Shown here: piece after piece, positions 60,353 to 64,000 of the stretch
Numbering within the stretch: position 1 is the stretch's first letter
Layout: the number at the start of each line of letters is the position of its first letter
From: Ranitomeya imitator
Taxonomy: Eukaryota
DNA length: 64,000 nt
Direction: 5' to 3'
NCBI RefSeq assembly: GCF_032444005.1
Contig: NC_091287.1
Coordinates: forward strand, 36,580,001 to 36,644,000
Notes under the pieces: generated by a model
What the model saw: only the letters and a program-made list of their open reading frames with translations
Told to the model about the DNA's origin: nothing
The model's database searches: none
Program-made: the position numbers and the translations under genes

Positions 60353-60665
60353 AGGGGTTGTCAAGTCCAAATCGATATCTAGTCACTGTGCACTGCTGGA
60401 TTTGCCGATTTCTGAGCCAGGGTGGTGGGTCTGTATGAGTCGTACGTATTCCGGGCCAAGCAGTTGCCCCGAATAGTTGTATGGAGCGAGGCTGTGCCCA
60501 CCGGCCGGCTACAAGTGTGTGGAGTGAGGCTGTGCCCACTTAGACGGGCTCTGGCCAGGAGTACATATAACAAATGCATACCCTCTGGTCCTGGCTCAGA
60601 AACCGGCAGGTTCCCACAGCGCACATTGACTGCAGACTTATCCATTTGGACTGGACAGCCCCCTT
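60353..60665. mobile_element. T2/Kolobok-like MITE
   Basis: AAGGGGTTGTCAAGTCCAAAT ... ATTTGGACTGGACAGCCCCCTT inverted ends. Confidence 0.65.
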
Positions 60666-60667
60666 TA

Positions 60668-60983
60668 GGCTATGTGCACATGTTCATGAATGTCTGCAGA
60701 ATTTTCCTGAAGAAAACCAGACTTTTTCTGCGGATTTCACTTTTTTTTTTCTGGAGCATCCCAATGCAATAATATAGCGACAAACGCAAAAAATCCCAAA
60801 TTAATGAACATGCTGCGTTTTTACCTCAATGTGTGTTTTTTTTTGCAGGGGAAAACACGCAGCATGTGCACAAAAATTGCAGGATGCATTAAAAATGATG
60901 GGATGCTTAATGTAAGGCTTTTTTTAGCGTCTCACAGAAAACAGCTGAAAAAAATGTGAAATGCTGACCGTGTGCACATATCC
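60668..60983. mobile_element. Harbinger-type MITE
   Basis: TTA|GGCTATGTGCACA ... TGTGCACATATCC|TTA. Confidence 0.85.
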
Positions 60984-62216
60984 TTAATTTGTGCAAATAC
61001 CCATGACAAGCTTTGCAGATAAATGTACAAGCTGAAATCTAGGTATTGCTTCCATGGCAGAAGAGAAGCATTGCCAAAAACTGTCATGAATGTCTCTTGT
61101 GAGACAACCCCCTTCAAGGGTCATGGAAAGGACTTTGTTGGGAAACCCTGGCACCATAATGAGTGTTGCTATGGGACCAGTGTCGGTGGTGGCACGGGAA
61201 TTTAGACAGGCTGAGGACTGTATTGTCCTTAGTAAAAAGGATGGATGAGGGGCACTTCTGTCGGCTCAGCTTCACCCCAGAAGGAGCCCCATATCTGCAC
61301 GCACTATAGGAAGTGTTGCTGTCTTTGGTTCTAAGTCTTCATGCCTGGAACTTGTGAATGATGGGCCCGGCACCAAGCAATGGTTGGAATCTCTTCTGTA
61401 TCTCCATTGTCTTGCGCTCACTTCTGCACCATGGTGCATTGATGGTGGCCATCTTGTGCTCTTGAATAAACTGCTCATGGCACCATGACCCTTTTCCCAT
61501 TTGTTCCCTGCTATAATAGAACAGGTGCCTCGATGTGTGGATTCTTGATTTTGCGATTTGGCTCCAGCTAGAGGCAATTTTTAGTGTGCACAATAGTGGG
61601 GGTCTCTGGGTTTATAGTGACCACATGCCAATTTTTTTGTTTTGTTTTTTTCTGGGTTTGCTTTTATAGCTCTCGTCTGACAATCTGCCTTAAAATAATT
61701 GCAAGTTCTAGTTGGGGGAAAACGGCTTCTACCTCACTTTTGCCTTTTTGACGGAGTCGGCCTGCATTCTGCTGCACCTGGGAAGTGACAGTCAGCACTT
61801 CCATGTTCTTCCTAAACCCAAATGAGGATCTGCCACACAAAGTACAACCTATGCATGTCAAGGAGAAATGTATTAATCATACAAATTCCACTAAATTACA
61901 GGAAATATTGAGATGCATACACAACTTGGTGTAATGCCCACTGCACTGCTGCATGTCTGCAACCTCTCCTGTGCATAAGACCTGATTGTGGCTCCCTCCT
62001 TTCCACTAGTTAAAGTTTTGGCTAACTATATAGCTCCTAGTAATGGTCATCTGGCAAAACCATGGCAAGCAGAAGCTGGAATACTCATCTCAAAATGTTA
62101 CCAGTAAACTTTAGGAATAAGTGTTACACCAAATTCAATCATGGGTGAATGGCTGCACTTGCAGCTCCCCTGCCTGACATATCACTTGTCAGTCAGACAT
62201 GACACTGGAGCATTAA

Positions 62217-62775
62217 CACTAGAACTACCGATGGAGTCACTCTGACTCCTTGCAATTTTTTTTTTTTTTCTCTTCTGTGACTAAATTTTTCCTAATTCTG
62301 GCTTGAGACTTGGTGACTTTTACTCATTTAGGATGTAAAAAAAGATTTTGTGACAAATAATTTTTGAAAAGAGAACTTTTTTTTTAAATTTACCTTTAAT
62401 TACCAAAGGGACTCATTTTGACTCCCTACTAGATCTTGCTAGTCTGTCGCTAAATGTTAGTTAAAACTTAAAGAAAAAAAACTTTCTTGTATATTTGCAA
62501 AAATGCTAATTATTCTAGACCTATACTGGACATCGATCAGTGGACTCCATAATTTCTGTAGAATATGGCCTGCAATTTTGCTAACTGCTAATATGGCTAG
62601 AAGAAGTGCGCTAAAGCCTGACGATATTCTTGCTATTTCGCATTCTAAACATTCTATAAATTAAAGTTACAACAATACCAGGAGCAAGAAACTCTAAAAA
62701 TAAACAAACAAGCCAGTAGTCAAAATGACTCCATTCAGTAGTTCTAGGGGAGTGACTAGTCTGGTAGTCCTAGTG
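62217..62775. mobile_element. piggyBac-like non-autonomous element
   Basis: TTAA|CACTAGAACTACC ... GGTAGTCCTAGTG|TTAA; subterminal GAGTCA..TGACTCC repeats. Confidence 0.75.
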
Positions 62776-63336
62776 TTAAGTGCAGCGCTGACCCCCTGCA
62801 CTTGCAACTCATTAACATGCAATTTCAACTATGGATTTCTCTAAAACTGCAAATCTAACTTTAAGAATGAGTAAAATTAAATCTGCATTATGGTGCCTTC
62901 TATGTAAATGCTATTAGTTTGGGGAATAAAAATCCTGATGATGGGTGCAGGATGCAGCACTACTGGCTGAGGTTAATTCCAGTCTGTGCACCACCAGCAT
63001 GGAGATGAATGGGCTCATTAATGTATTTGGTTTCCACATTTCCCAGTAACACTGTAACAACATTGTTTGGGCTCCTGGATATGCCTTCTGCCTGGGTCAG
63101 TGCTGATACAGTGACCCATTGTTTCTGATGAGGAACAAGTTTAAATTGGGAAGAATTTGTAGATAAGTTTAGTCCAACAAAGTATGGCCAAGCACTGCTC
63201 CATATATGAATGTAATGTGCTCAGTGTTGGACTGGGCAGCCAAGAGCCCACCATTAAGCAGCTCCAGGACCCCACTTTTCAGCTACATGCAAATTGCTTT
63301 ATCCTCATTCACAAAATTCTATAGCTGCAGACTTAA

Positions 63337-63762
63337 GCCCCCGTCACACACAGCGAGATCGCTAGCGAGATCGCTGCTGAGTCACAAGTTTTGTGACCCA
63401 ACAGCGATCTCCGTAGCGATCTCGCTATGTGTGACACGTAGCAGCGATCAGGCCCCTGCTGTGAGATCGCTGGTCGTGTCGGAATGGCCTGGGCCATTTT
63501 TTGATCGTTGAGGTCCCGCTGGGTAGCACACATCGCTGTGTTTGACACCTTACCAACGACCTCGCTGACAGGACGTCCCATTGAATCATCATGAAATAGC
63601 ATCGTTCTACAGGTCGCTACAGTTCGCCGCATCGCTGCTGCGTCGTTGGGGAGATCGCACTGTGTGACATCTCACCAGCGACCACATAGCGACGCTTGAG
63701 CGATCCCTGACAGGTCGTATCGTTGTCGGAATCGCTCAAGCGTCGCTATGTGTGACGGGGCC
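63337..63762. mobile_element. Harbinger-type MITE
   Basis: GCCCCCGTCACACACAGCGA ... TCGCTATGTGTGACGGGGCC terminal inverted repeats; internal hairpins. Confidence 0.75.
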
Positions 63763-64000
63763 TTTATAGAAAAATGTCACCAGAAAATTAACAAACCTGC
63801 CTGGCTCGTGCATGTAACCGAATGCTGCAGGGAGAAAATGCACTTTATTCACCACGAAGTCTACTGAGCGGCAGCTATAACTGCGCCTCCAGCCCTGATG
63901 GACACTGGCTCTACATTGGGGGTGCAGTCACAGCTGCTCTGGTGACTGAACCTTCAGCACAATGGCTCAGTGGTTAGCACTGTATGGTGGCTCAGTGGCT

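Noticed and set aside
59270-64000. Further ACBD7 exons or OLAH
   Set aside because: No ADFDKAA/ELYGLYKQ-type coding segment was seen; the short ORFs at 61272-61861 have no recognisable motif.
63960-64000. tRNA gene (TGGCTCAGTGGTTAGCACTG)
   Set aside because: Only an A-box-like fragment, repeated and cut by the window end; no B box or cloverleaf, so more likely a tRNA-derived SINE or satellite.

Overview
This is vertebrate genomic DNA, very probably from a frog (inferred from the T2/Kolobok-type MITE, DIRS, Tc1 and L2 repeat complement and the M-S-P-Q start of ACBD7). It carries the conserved NMT2-RPP38-ACBD7 neighbourhood. NMT2 exons 2-12 lie on + (1459-25338; exon 1 is upstream of the window). 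RPP38 is on -, convergent with NMT2, and its single coding exon is tandemly duplicated: an intact copy at 34535-35407 and a diverged copy at 47775-54297 split by a young full-length L1 with a 15-bp TSD. A ZNF143/ETS/CCAAT promoter with a non-coding first exon at about 56.2-56.36 kb fits RPP38. A TATA promoter and 12-nt first coding exon at 59.26 kb fit ACBD7. The rest is dense transposon material: three minisatellite-carrying Helitrons, Tc1 elements, a DIRS nested in a Tc1 nested in a MITE, a solo LTR, many MITEs, and a Penelope-like inverted repeat with two hammerhead ribozyme cores. Top candidates: (1) the intact RPP38 exon seems to have lost its own promoter, while the only recognisable promoter sits on the L1-killed copy, implying long-range exon skipping or a TE-supplied promoter; (2) the antisense L1 has gene-breaking geometry and creates an in-frame ORF0-like L1-RPP38 fusion; (3) its RT lacks one Asp of YADD; (4) the paired hammerheads. 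All alignments were made by eye, and repeat and MITE boundaries are approximate unless TSDs are given.
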